The notes beneath the pieces are model-generated. The model was not told the DNA's origin and made no database searches. It was given only the letters and a program-made list of their open reading frames with translations. This document shows, piece by piece, positions 11,201 through 19,948 of a stretch of DNA of 64,000 bases (within the stretch, counting starts at the first letter, position 1; every line of letters begins with the position of its first letter). The DNA lies in NCBI GenBank assembly GCA_964639985.1, contig CAZXHG010000012.1, forward strand, positions 1,254-65,253. The letters are read 5' to 3'. The position numbers and the translations under genes are program-made. Source of the stretch: an uncultured Rickettsiales bacterium (lineage in GTDB: Bacteria; Myxococcota_A; UBA796; UBA9615; CAYRNR01).

Positions 11201-12060
11201 AGATCGGGTACATCCTTCGTTGTCGAGGAGAGCTGGATGAAGCCCTGGGCCAATACGGACGTGCGCTGACGATTCGTGAGCGGCTCGTGAGCGACGAGCC
11301 GGATCGGCTCCGCAACCAAGTCCGGCTGACGATCTCGTACGAGGCCATCGGCGAGCTACACGAGATCGGGGGCGACCTGGAAACAGCGCTCGAACACTAC
11401 CTTCGTGCCCTGTCGATCCGTGAGGGCTTGGTCGAAGCGGAACCAGCCCGGACGGATCTCCAGTGGCGAGTCTCGCAGGTCGAGCAGAGGATCGGAAACC
11501 TCCAGGAGTCCATCGGGGACCGCGAGCTGGCCCTGGGGCATCACGGTCGAGGGCTCGCCATTCTCCAGGCGCTCACCCAGGCCGAGCCAGATCGGACAGA
11601 CTTCAAGGGGGATCTGGCATGGTTGCTTGCGGACATCTCCGCCGTGCAGGACCCGGAATCTGGTGAGGCGAGCCTGGCCAAGGCGGTGGCGATCAGCGGC
11701 CAGATCGTTGCGGCCGGCGGTGCCCCTCCAGCTATCCAACTGCGTCACGGCCACTACCTGCTCCTCGCAGGACGCCTGGAGGAGGCCCGCGAGCACATGG
11801 AGAGCCTGTACCAGCGCACTCCCGAGACAAACGCGATTCATGGTCAACTGGCTGGTCAGCTCGCCGTCTTGAACCTGCTCGAGGGGAACCTCGATCGCGT
11901 GTCGGACTACATGCAGCCGCTGGAGGACGAGCCCGTCATCCGCTGGCAGCTCGTCAGACAGCTTGCCCAGATGCGCCGGCGGGGGTTCCCTGACGAGGGT
12001 TTCGCGCAGTTCGAGGCGCAGCTGCTGGGCCTGGGGCCCTTGCCGACCTTCTCCGACTAG
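8245..12060 (+). CDS. Secreted FecR-like / tetratricopeptide-repeat (TPR) protein
   Basis: Probable true start ATG 8245 (MNKIVVAACLVFVCSCFAVEVRA signal peptide, GGAGG SD ~10 nt upstream); the ORF opens at 8170. N-terminal FecR-like beta region. Then >20 degenerate TPR-like 34-aa repeats (recurring Y-x-x-A-L-x-I and ALEHY motifs). Confidence 0.7.
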   Translation: MNKIVVAACLVFVCSCFAVEVRAADLYRIAEIVVRGEPRDSSDAAIVLEGAEEVEIHVGMELYGGDTIRVWVPGVRVRLVGDGGDTFAVEHGRDGPADYTVGEPDSCWQRAGKVTYGVFERAAETFECLVGPEDRAIPLGVEGTRFSVDVLDNGLEVTVADGVVVVGEPGSPLHRRIENGRLLRVQGDDLIEEEVDRETVVRVRDSLVEVTVRETEGDATGFILLGDKGGFERRTVETVRVVRSTFGNPDKSVHAGDTLERYRQEGVPGVDAFSATELWTLADALFEQGDFGTALEIYTRAHDFHTGDDAGRARLKANLGICALELGDLQVAEQHLLAADEVVADDYTVLAALVDLYQDRRNPRLRQANEFMDRLLAVRGRSALECRMAGRQALDLWRFEEAAVLYEEAASHYQAVEDRHGLIWSWIGLGDAVRDVGRYDDATRYYQRACDLADNTECGSEVSEEMARDELVAHERMGTVLCYQGRTREGLEHYRLALAIQQQVVAADPDRAKLSRELMISYENMGDVLADLGETQQALEYYEIAEDIADLRYRIVLASELACLRQEERTDGTKFSRKRKIDPPTPELRARTGRDASRLLRKSASVHQSLGLTEEAIERRSLSLEIMQWLASRAPDDVKTQLGLGAAHLELGNTLGRAGDSEGSLAHHRSALQITQQLVQQDPCVDLLHARLATHLMATADVMAELGMSDEALEHYERCLEIRERLSAASPHQTGRLARLANTHSDIGIAKSNVGLMDAALDHYRRAIEIRQGLAAVEPERTDFQLSLAHAHRALGTALEQKGRTNEALVHYQLSLEVTASLVETEPERSDFQGALARSAMKVGWVHEVQGESQAALEQYLRALEIRGRLVESSPSRQDYKEALASAHCSVGEGHFPQGLYEEGISHLKHALALRQAVVDADPLNTDSQRVLAVSHGLLGYRLEDLGEETAALTHYHSSAGILARLAEAEPDRRDFQYDLAISLGQIGYILRCRGELDEALGQYGRALTIRERLVSDEPDRLRNQVRLTISYEAIGELHEIGGDLETALEHYLRALSIREGLVEAEPARTDLQWRVSQVEQRIGNLQESIGDRELALGHHGRGLAILQALTQAEPDRTDFKGDLAWLLADISAVQDPESGEASLAKAVAISGQIVAAGGAPPAIQLRHGHYLLLAGRLEEAREHMESLYQRTPETNAIHGQLAGQLAVLNLLEGNLDRVSDYMQPLEDEPVIRWQLVRQLAQMRRRGFPDEGFAQFEAQLLGLGPLPTFSD

Positions 12061-12100
12061 CGGGAACCGGGTTCGCCCCGGGCCCTCCCACGCGGTGGCC

Positions 12101-14041
12101 CTACTCCCTCGTGTGTCCTTGCTCCTCCAGCCAGGCGGCGAGCCTGTCCAGGTAGTCGACACAGCCCCGTACCAGCGTGCGCTGCAGCGCGATCCGGCTC
12201 GCCGCGGTCGAGGCCTCGGGCTCGCCGCAACAGGCGCGAAGTGCATCGTGCCCCAGACGTGCGGCGTGGGGCTTGATCGCGCTGTGGGCCCACAGGTTGC
12301 GGATTCGGCGTAGAGCCGTACCGCAGAACGTCTCGCACAGCTCGTCCGCCTTTGCGACGGGCGCCTCGTCCCGTTCACGGCTGCCTCCGGGAGACTCTCC
12401 AGCGCCATGACCCGAGCTGCGGGTCCCCGCTTCGCCAGCCGTGGGCTCGAGCCAGCCGTGCTGCGCGAAGAACATCCGGGGGATGGCCTGCTGAAAGGTC
12501 CTGCCCGCGCGATCCTCGACCAGGGCGGCGTGCAGGCCGGAGACCACTGCGATGATGCCCTTGCGGTCGACCGCCGGGGAGGCGAGCACCTGGAACAGGC
12601 AATCCGGTCCCCCGGGGGGCAATCGGACCAGGGCTGACGAACCCTGTTGCCGTGTGAGATCGTCCACGCGAACCAGCGCATCCACCAGGCGGCGGGCGCG
12701 CCGGCGAACGGGCAGCCCCAGCAGGGACCATGAGAGCGCTGCCGCGAGTGCTGCGGCAATCACACCGGCCACCGGGTACACCACCGGTGAGGTCCATGTG
12801 GCGGCCACCGCCGCGATCACCATCCCCACACCCAGCAGCTGCGGCCATGGCCAGATGTGCATCACCGCCTCGAGCACGGATGCGGGTCGCGCAGAGGCGT
12901 AGATCTCGGGGAGCGAGCCTCTGCGTCGCGCCATCAGCGCCGGTGGCAAGGACGCCAAGACAGCCGCGACCACGATCAGGAGCAGCGACCAGGCTCCCGC
13001 CCGGCGGACGTAGGACCTGGCCTGCAGCTGGTTGAACGCGGCTGCCTGGACGAACACCCCGTAGGTGTCCCTCGCTGTACAGCCGTCCTCGACGCAGGTG
13101 AGTTGCCCCTCGGGCACGAACGGCAGCTGCCACACGTCGCTGGCCGCCCAGCGGCCGACCAGGCCGACGAACACGGTCCGTCCCCGGATATCCTCGATCA
13201 ACTTCTCGGGCTCGGCCAGCAGCACGTGGCTGTGGGGCAACACCCGGTGAGCGCGTCGAGGGTACCGGATCAGCAGCTCCGCACCGGTGGGGAGACCCGG
13301 GGGGGCGACGACCCGCCCCCATTCGGCGGTGGCCGGTGACCTCGTCTCCGCCAGCGAGAATGCCTGCAGGAAGAGGGAGGGTGCGGGCTGTCCGCCCAGC
13401 TCACCCAGCAGCGCCGTGGACGCCAGGAGGCCGGTTCGGCTGTCACGCCTCGCGTCCAGGATCGCCGCGTGGCTTCGCCCGGACTCGTAGAGCGCGTGCG
13501 GCGGCGCCCCCTGGTGCGTTCCGAGGACCACGGGCACGCCAGCGGCGGCAGCGCGATCGAGGGCTGCGATGAATTCGGTGGTCCGATCGGGGGCCGCGTC
13601 GGTGAAGTACATGTCGAAGGCAACGCACGCCGGTTCCGCGAGGACGAGCTGGTCGAGCAGGCGTGCGTGGAGCGCGCGCCAGGCGAGCGGGTCCTCGTCG
13701 AAGTCCGGGATGGGGATCGGACCCGCCGGCCCGGCCCGGACCGCCTGCGACGTCAGTACGCCCCTGTCCTCCTCGGACAGGGTGACGACCACGGCGCCGC
13801 CCAGGTCATCGATGCTCATGAACCGTTGCCGCGCAGCGTGGATCGAACTCTCCAGGGGGCGGGCAGCCACGGCTCCCGCGAGCGAGAGCGGAATGATCAG
13901 CAGGCCGAGCTTGACGTGGGGGTGCACGGTGCTGTCCCCTCCTGGGATCCAGTCGGTTTGAGAAGCCGTGGTGTCGAAGCACCGCGCATCACATGGCCAC
14001 CCCGATGCAGACGAACATCGCCAATACGCCGAACCAGACAA
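12101..14041 (-). CDS. CHASE2-like extracytoplasmic sensor membrane protein with short cytoplasmic C-terminal region
   Basis: N-terminal signal/TM HVKLGLLIIPLSLAGAVAA; a likelier start is the internal GTG near 13927. CHASE2-like features: VAFDMYF, TVFVGL, TCVEDGCTARDTYGVFVQAAAFNQL. Then 3-4 TM helices (WSLLLIVVAAVLASL, LLGVGMVIAAVAATW, VAGVIAAALAAALSW). Last gene of the long - strand array. Confidence 0.45.
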   Translation of the reverse strand: MSGSAYWRCSSASGWPCDARCFDTTASQTDWIPGGDSTVHPHVKLGLLIIPLSLAGAVAARPLESSIHAARQRFMSIDDLGGAVVVTLSEEDRGVLTSQAVRAGPAGPIPIPDFDEDPLAWRALHARLLDQLVLAEPACVAFDMYFTDAAPDRTTEFIAALDRAAAAGVPVVLGTHQGAPPHALYESGRSHAAILDARRDSRTGLLASTALLGELGGQPAPSLFLQAFSLAETRSPATAEWGRVVAPPGLPTGAELLIRYPRRAHRVLPHSHVLLAEPEKLIEDIRGRTVFVGLVGRWAASDVWQLPFVPEGQLTCVEDGCTARDTYGVFVQAAAFNQLQARSYVRRAGAWSLLLIVVAAVLASLPPALMARRRGSLPEIYASARPASVLEAVMHIWPWPQLLGVGMVIAAVAATWTSPVVYPVAGVIAAALAAALSWSLLGLPVRRRARRLVDALVRVDDLTRQQGSSALVRLPPGGPDCLFQVLASPAVDRKGIIAVVSGLHAALVEDRAGRTFQQAIPRMFFAQHGWLEPTAGEAGTRSSGHGAGESPGGSRERDEAPVAKADELCETFCGTALRRIRNLWAHSAIKPHAARLGHDALRACCGEPEASTAASRIALQRTLVRGCVDYLDRLAAWLEEQGHTRE

Positions 14042-14945
14042 GTGCCAGCCAGGCGGCAGCCGGGAGCAACTGGTTTTCGTGAAGGGCTGCCGCGCCGTCG
14101 GGCAGTGGCGCAGACGCGGCAGGCAGGTACGGTCTCAGCATCACGGATCCCATGGCCAGGTGCCTCACCCACCGGACCAGGACCGCCTCCACGAAGGCGA
14201 TCGCGATGCCCGCGGCGATCGACAGCACGAACACCAGCGTACTCGCGTGGTCCAGGATTTCCATGGGAGAGTGACCCTTCTCGAACAGCTCGTTCCAGCC
14301 CAGGATCCAGTCCGTCCACTCCAGCGCGGAATCGAGCACGCCGCCGCCGAGCATGGCGCCTGCACCCATGCCCAGGACGTCGCCCACCGCACCCAGGCCG
14401 CACAGCAGGACCGCGTATCCCACCACACCGATGCACCCGCAGCCCGTCCCCCCCGTGGCACAGCCCGCGCGCAGGTCGCCGGATTCCTCGGCCACGGCCA
14501 GCCCGCCCGCGATGCCCAGGGCCACGGCGACCACCGCGGGCAGGACGAATGACAACCAGATCACCACTTGGACGACGAAGGCCACCACCAGCACGACCAG
14601 CCACACGATCCAGCAGACCAGCGCCACCACCCACGAGGCCAGGTATCCGAGCACGAACAGGACGAACATCAAGGCTGCGGGAAGGAACACCACGAGCAGG
14701 GTGATCCCGGCCAGCTCGACATTGACGAGCAACTCGCCCCGGAACGTCTCCCTCGGTCTGATCGCAAGCCCGAGCACAGGCCCCACGGCCATGGGCAGCA
14801 GGATCACCGCCGTCCACCCGAGAAGCAGTGCGTCGAAACCGTCCAGGCTGAGAACGCACTCCCAGCCCATCCAGACCAGTCCCGTGACCACGACCACGGC
14901 GGTGATCAGGGCCAGCGTCCTCCGACGTGTCCAGGACCATTTCAC
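13989..14945 (-). CDS. Polytopic integral membrane protein, paralog A (about 8 TM helices), unknown function
   Basis: Highly hydrophobic 318 aa. Motif RPRETFRGELLVNVELAGITLL. C-terminal LRPYLPAASAPLPDGAAALHENQ. About 35% identical by eye to the 15270-16175 product. Confidence 0.55.
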   Translation of the reverse strand: MKWSWTRRRTLALITAVVVVTGLVWMGWECVLSLDGFDALLLGWTAVILLPMAVGPVLGLAIRPRETFRGELLVNVELAGITLLVVFLPAALMFVLFVLGYLASWVVALVCWIVWLVVLVVAFVVQVVIWLSFVLPAVVAVALGIAGGLAVAEESGDLRAGCATGGTGCGCIGVVGYAVLLCGLGAVGDVLGMGAGAMLGGGVLDSALEWTDWILGWNELFEKGHSPMEILDHASTLVFVLSIAAGIAIAFVEAVLVRWVRHLAMGSVMLRPYLPAASAPLPDGAAALHENQLLPAAAWLALVWFGVLAMFVCIGVAM

Positions 14946-14985
14946 GGTGTCGAGCAGACCTCCTCGGGCCGTCGCGCGAGCACGC

Positions 14986-15273
14986 TCATCCGCGTATGTG
15001 CAGCTCGACCGGCCTCACGCAGCGCGTGATCAGCAGCGCCGCGATCGCGATTGGATACAGCATCCAGTAGGCGCCCCAGAGCATCGCGAAGGCCCCGAAC
15101 GCGATGGGCAGTCCCCACCACGGGTGGCGCACGGCAAAGCGATCGATGCCGTGCTGGACCAGATGCACCTCGTAGTTGCCGCGGCGGAGAGCGAGCGAGA
15201 CGAGATCGAAGGACGTCTGCACGCCGAACCCGTCGATGATCGAACGATGGTCCTCTTGGTCGGATGCGCTCAT
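14986..15273 (-). CDS. Small membrane protein (~95 aa), translationally coupled to the upstream membrane protein
   Basis: Internal start MSASDQEDHRSIIDGF... of ORF 14986-15966. Its ATG overlaps the TGA of gene 15270-16175 (ATGA). C-terminal hydrophobic helices WWGLPIAFGAFAMLWGAYWMLYPIAIAALLI. Confidence 0.4.
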   Translation of the reverse strand: MSASDQEDHRSIIDGFGVQTSFDLVSLALRRGNYEVHLVQHGIDRFAVRHPWWGLPIAFGAFAMLWGAYWMLYPIAIAALLITRCVRPVELHIRG

Positions 15274-16175
15274 GCCTCTCCCCAGGTGGAAACGATGACC
15301 GTGGCCAGCGTGGCCGACCACACGAGCATCAGCCAGGCGGTCGCAGGAATGGACTGACGTTCGTCCAGCACGCTGACGCCATCGGGCAGCGGGGCGGATG
15401 CAGACGGCAGGAAGGGACGCAACCACAGCAACCGCATCATCGCGAGTCGCGCCCACCGCGACGACAGCGCCGCCGTGAAGGCGAGGGTCACGCCCAGTCC
15501 AGCGGTACACATCGCCGAGAAGATGGCGTGGTGGTTTGCCCTCGCGATGGTGCCCCTCATGAAATCGAACAGGAACCCCCACTCGGGTATCCAGCCCGTC
15601 CACTGGCGCGCGGCCACCACCACGTGTCCGTTGAAGGCATCCAGCCAGTGGCTGTCGAGGGAGGCCGTGACCCGGTGGGTGACAAGTGCGAGTAGCACAA
15701 CCCCGACGAGCGTGACCACGACGCCAATCCAGGGTTCCCCGGACCCATCCGATGCCAGGAACCCCGCCACGACGGAGCCGATGGCGGCCGCGTAGACCAG
15801 CAGCTGCAGCACCAGGGCGAGCAGCAGGACGATGATCCAGAACAGCCAGCAGGCAGCAACGGCGACGATCGAGCTGCCGTAGGTGAGCGCATAGACGACG
15901 AGGCCCAGCGCCCCTGGAGCGAAGATGGCCAGCAACGCCAGCTGCAGCAGCTCGAGGTTGACCCACGCCTCGCCGCGCACGGTCTCTCGGGGCCTCATGC
16001 TCAGCCCCATCAGCGCTCCGACGCCGGCGAGCGACACGACGATGCCGACGCCGATGCGGGGCGACATCATTCCCCCGCGGAGGTGATTCTCCAGGACGAG
16101 CCAGCCCATGCCCCCGCTCACGACGAGGATCGTCAGGATCGCCCAGTCGCGGTGGGAGGTGTGCCGGACGTTCAT
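15270..16175 (-). CDS. Polytopic integral membrane protein, paralog B
   Basis: 301 aa, about 8 TM helices. Motif RPRETVRGEAWVNLELLQLALL. C-terminal LRPFLPSASAPLPDGVSVLDERQ. Paralogous to 13989-14945. 4-nt overlap with upstream gene 16172-19105. Confidence 0.55.
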   Translation of the reverse strand: MNVRHTSHRDWAILTILVVSGGMGWLVLENHLRGGMMSPRIGVGIVVSLAGVGALMGLSMRPRETVRGEAWVNLELLQLALLAIFAPGALGLVVYALTYGSSIVAVAACWLFWIIVLLLALVLQLLVYAAAIGSVVAGFLASDGSGEPWIGVVVTLVGVVLLALVTHRVTASLDSHWLDAFNGHVVVAARQWTGWIPEWGFLFDFMRGTIARANHHAIFSAMCTAGLGVTLAFTAALSSRWARLAMMRLLWLRPFLPSASAPLPDGVSVLDERQSIPATAWLMLVWSATLATVIVSTWGEA

Positions 16176-19105
16176 CTCCAGTGCCTGTCGATCAATGCCC
16201 GAACCTCGCCCTTGCTCATGCGCTCGGTGGTGAAGCAGAGCAGCTCGAGCGGGGAGTCGATCTCCTGGCCGAACGGATCGTCGTCACCCAGCACCAGCGA
16301 ACCCAGCGATCGCGCAGCCCGGCCGAGGAGCGGTGGTTTCCTGAGACTCTCCCGGACCTCCCCGAGCGTCGTGCCTTCCCGGCGAACGCGGTGCAGAGCG
16401 AGCGCAGCCAGCCGCCTCAGCAGGTGATCTGCGTGCCTGCCGCGGGCCAGGCGGGCGAGCCAGGCCAGCTGATCGTAGTCGGGTGGGTGGTCGTACAGAT
16501 CCCGCCGGTTGATATGGTCGAGCTGGGCTCGCGGTGGGTAGTACCAGGCGCGTTGCAGGACGAGGAGCAACTGGGCGCCCGACAGGGAGTCCAGCGCACG
16601 TTGCTCCACAGCACACATGGATTCGTAGTCGTGTTCAGCGGCCCAGGCATCGGTCCTCGTGGCCAGGTTCCAGAGGAATCGCCATGCATTCCGATCCTGC
16701 AGCCCCTGCCTACGGATCGTGTCCTTCCAGTACTCTCGGACCTCTTCCGAGCCGACCATCCCCAGGATCAGCAGCTTCAGCGGCCCTGGCGGAGGCGTCA
16801 CGGGAGCATCGTCCGGCAGGAGCTCGAACACGGCTCGGAATCCTCCTTCCGAGTCAGCGTTGGCCAGCAGGACGCCGAGGTCGGGAGGGGAGGGCATCGC
16901 CCGGAACACCAGCGCGATCTGCGTCATCTCCTCGGCGGTGAGTGTGACCCTGGGCATCGGCCGACCTCGTAGCAGGGCGGACATCGCTCGGAAGATGTCG
17001 GGGAGCCCGGCCGTGGCGCGGCGCGAGGTTCCCAGCCACGCCTCGATCAGCTGAAGCGTCGCCCGCTCGCAGGATGCGGTCGGATGGGGTCCCGAACCAG
17101 AGCAACACTCGGCCAGCCGGCCAATGGTCGTCTCGTCCCGATCGCCAAGTCGCTGCAGGCACAGCTCGTTTCCCAGGGCTGCCAGGTCGCCGTTTTCGGC
17201 TCCGTCGCGCACGCCGAGCAGCAGCCACCGGATCGGCTGACCGAGCCGGGGTCCCAGGGCCGCGTCCACGCTCGCCTTCTGTCGTACGCCGAGCTCGCTC
17301 CATCCAGCCAGCAGTACCCGGGCCATGCCGGCGTCCATCTGTGGACTGCCGGCGTCAACGGCCTCAATCAGATTGCGTAGGACTCGCCTGAACCAGGCCT
17401 CCCTTGTGAGCGCCCGGGACGTCAGCTGCCTGAGGAGGAGCACGTCATGTCCAGCCCGACCGGCCAGGTCCGCCAGCACGAAGGCGCCGAGCGTGGAGCC
17501 GTCTCCGTCGCGCAGTGAGGCGATCAGGAAGTCGAGTTCGGGTGCCGAGCCTGTGCCGCCAGGCAATGCCTGGACGAGCGCGGCCCCGTCGGCGGCTTCC
17601 GGGGATCGCCCCTCGGAGAGGGTGAGGTACGCCCTGCCTGCGGGGGTTCCGCCGAGCGCCGAGAACAGACGAGTGCTGGTTCGTCCGTTCACGCGAGCGA
17701 CGCGTACCGCAGCCCAGAACAGCGTCCCGGCCGAGGCCTGGCGCCAGGCAGACAGCCAGGCCGCGTCGTCGGGATCGGGCAGGAACAGGTCCGCCCAGAT
17801 GTCGTGGGTCTCTCCCAGGGAGTGTCCTGCGGTCACGGCGGTATCGAGTCGCTGGCCTGCCTTGCGGGCCACGTGGTCCGGGAGGGGAAGGGTTCTCCAC
17901 AGGTTGGCTGCGTGCGGGACGCTGCCCTTGACCAGGCCGAGCAGGACGGCCAGCTCCTCGTGGTAGTTGTCGCGGTCTCGCGCGCAGGCCTCCAGCCAGG
18001 CGGGCTGCCAGGTGGTGTTCACCAGCTCAGGGAGGAAATCGCGGCCGCGGTCCTCGATGGCGTGGAGGATCGCGACGAGTGCCTCGACCTTCAGCACATC
18101 GAAGTCGAGGGCTGGTCGCTGATCGGTCGTGCGTGACAGCCATGCCTCGAGGTCCTGGAGCTGGGCCGACTCGCCGAGCACACCGCTGACGAGCCGGGCC
18201 GCCTCCTGCCACGACGCCTCGATGGGGATGGCGTCGTACGCCGCGTGCAACGGCAGGGCGGACGCCACGGCTTCGGTCAGCTGTCTGGGAGTCGAGCAGT
18301 CCCTGGCGACCTGCTCGAGCCATGCCACATACCGCCTGCCGGGCGTCAGGTCGATGTCATCGTCGCCGCGCCGCTCGCCTGCGATGACACGGACGCCGTC
18401 CATGGCCCGCATCCCGTTGGCGATGGCAACGGAGCCGTCCATCTCGATGAGCCCCGTTCCCACGGTCACGCGCCAGGCCATGGCGCGTGGCAAGGCGCAG
18501 AGGCACAGGCTGGCGAGATCCAGGAACTCCGCGTGTTCGCGCTTCCAGTCCTGCACGCTGAGCCCGTGGCCCGACATGAGCACTTCGAGCACGTCTCCGG
18601 CTTCAGTCAGCCAGTCCGGGGGCAGGTCGCCGTCCAGGAACATGTCGTCGTCGGTCGTGACAGCTGGAAGGTCCTTCTCGATCCCGGTGGTCGGTTCGGC
18701 ACGCAGGACCTGGTCGAGTTGGGAGGCCGAGGCGGCACTCCACGCCGACGCGGATACCACGAGGTAGTGGGCCTGCGTGAAGATCCTCCCCGGCAATCCC
18801 CTTCCCCCTTCGGACAGCCCACGAACCCGGCAGGCGACGACCCACGACGCCCCCTCGACCTCGAGGGGCTTCACGATGATGCCGCCACCGCGTTCGAACC
18901 AGGGGTGGTCCTGCCAGATGAACTGCTCGGATGCGCCGATGCCCACGACATCGGGACGGCAGTGGTCCTCCAGGGAACGAGCGAAGCCCACAGAGAATCC
19001 CGTGACGTCGTGCTCGGATCCCTTCACGATCGGACCATCGACGGTCTGGACGATCTTGCCGTATCGACACTGTTCCCAGATCACACGATCACTCCCTCGA
19101 AACAA
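16172..19105 (-). CDS. Large soluble hypothetical protein (977 aa), Ala/Leu-rich helical
   Basis: Long ORF with strong GC3 bias and no recognisable catalytic motif. Start lies just after the stop of GTPase gene 19110-19946. Confidence 0.55.
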   Translation of the reverse strand: MFRGSDRVIWEQCRYGKIVQTVDGPIVKGSEHDVTGFSVGFARSLEDHCRPDVVGIGASEQFIWQDHPWFERGGGIIVKPLEVEGASWVVACRVRGLSEGGRGLPGRIFTQAHYLVVSASAWSAASASQLDQVLRAEPTTGIEKDLPAVTTDDDMFLDGDLPPDWLTEAGDVLEVLMSGHGLSVQDWKREHAEFLDLASLCLCALPRAMAWRVTVGTGLIEMDGSVAIANGMRAMDGVRVIAGERRGDDDIDLTPGRRYVAWLEQVARDCSTPRQLTEAVASALPLHAAYDAIPIEASWQEAARLVSGVLGESAQLQDLEAWLSRTTDQRPALDFDVLKVEALVAILHAIEDRGRDFLPELVNTTWQPAWLEACARDRDNYHEELAVLLGLVKGSVPHAANLWRTLPLPDHVARKAGQRLDTAVTAGHSLGETHDIWADLFLPDPDDAAWLSAWRQASAGTLFWAAVRVARVNGRTSTRLFSALGGTPAGRAYLTLSEGRSPEAADGAALVQALPGGTGSAPELDFLIASLRDGDGSTLGAFVLADLAGRAGHDVLLLRQLTSRALTREAWFRRVLRNLIEAVDAGSPQMDAGMARVLLAGWSELGVRQKASVDAALGPRLGQPIRWLLLGVRDGAENGDLAALGNELCLQRLGDRDETTIGRLAECCSGSGPHPTASCERATLQLIEAWLGTSRRATAGLPDIFRAMSALLRGRPMPRVTLTAEEMTQIALVFRAMPSPPDLGVLLANADSEGGFRAVFELLPDDAPVTPPPGPLKLLILGMVGSEEVREYWKDTIRRQGLQDRNAWRFLWNLATRTDAWAAEHDYESMCAVEQRALDSLSGAQLLLVLQRAWYYPPRAQLDHINRRDLYDHPPDYDQLAWLARLARGRHADHLLRRLAALALHRVRREGTTLGEVRESLRKPPLLGRAARSLGSLVLGDDDPFGQEIDSPLELLCFTTERMSKGEVRALIDRHWR

Positions 19106-19109
19106 GCGA

Positions 19110-19946
19110 TCATCGGTTTAGACGCGAACGCCAGCATACGCCTCGGGCCAGGAACTCGATGGGCTCGTAGACCCGGTAGGGCCACCAATCCCGGTAGGCA
19201 TTCTCACCATCGAGGTGCCAGCCCTCCGGCCCCTGGATGGCCGCTCTCGCGCCCGTTCTCCGATCGAACCCGAACGCCGAGACCAGGAAGTAGCCGTCAC
19301 CCCCGGGCGCGACCGCATGGCGGACGACCTCGACGAAGGACTGCCCCAGCGCCTCGCGCACGGTCGATGCCGGCTTCAGCTGTTCCACCTTGCCGACGAC
19401 GTCCCGTGTGCCGGGGGCCACGTGCAGCTCGGCCATGGTCAGCGTGATCGCCATCCTGAGGAAGGCAGGGCGACCGCCCTGGATGCCCTTGCGCTCCCTG
19501 ACGAGATCGAGCAGCTCCGCGAAGCGGTCGATCAGGTTCGGGGGCCGCAGCTCCTGGTCTCCGGGAACCACGAAGAGCAAGGCGTCAGCCTGGGCCAGAT
19601 CGTCGAGCACGTCGTCGGAGAATCGCTGCTCCGGCGAGGGCACGCAGCCGCCTCCGGGCACGTCGACCATGGTCAGCTGGATGGATTCCTTGCCGAGTCC
19701 GAAGAACACGGAGCCAGGCAGGTCCGCGACGAACGAGTAGCGGTTCACCGCCGATGTGGCCACGATCAGCCTGCCCATCAGCACGTCGATCGCCCGGTCG
19801 TAGAGCCGGAACGCTGGCTCGTTGTCGGGTTCGGGCCGCACCTGCAGCGGCCTCGACGTCCTGCCCATGGCGTCGGACGCCAGCAGCAGGCTCGCGAGGT
19901 ACACGGTCTTGCCCGACCGTGTCGGGCCAGCGACGGCGACTCGCAT
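19110..19946 (-). CDS. P-loop GTPase (TRAFAC-like), first of a tandem pair
   Basis: Probable start MRVAVAGPTRSGKT (Walker A/G1 GPTRSGKT). G3-like MVDVPGGG. Start codon lies 2 nt after the stop of the preceding GTPase gene. Confidence 0.6.
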   Translation of the reverse strand: MRVAVAGPTRSGKTVYLASLLLASDAMGRTSRPLQVRPEPDNEPAFRLYDRAIDVLMGRLIVATSAVNRYSFVADLPGSVFFGLGKESIQLTMVDVPGGGCVPSPEQRFSDDVLDDLAQADALLFVVPGDQELRPPNLIDRFAELLDLVRERKGIQGGRPAFLRMAITLTMAELHVAPGTRDVVGKVEQLKPASTVREALGQSFVEVVRHAVAPGGDGYFLVSAFGFDRRTGARAAIQGPEGWHLDGENAYRDWWPYRVYEPIEFLARGVCWRSRLNR

Positions 19947-19948
19947 CG

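Noticed and set aside
12061-12100. GAACCGGGTTC / CCGGG...CCCGG quasi-palindromes between convergent TPR and CHASE2 genes
   Set aside because: Short imperfect stems with no T-run. May be a weak terminator but not supportable.
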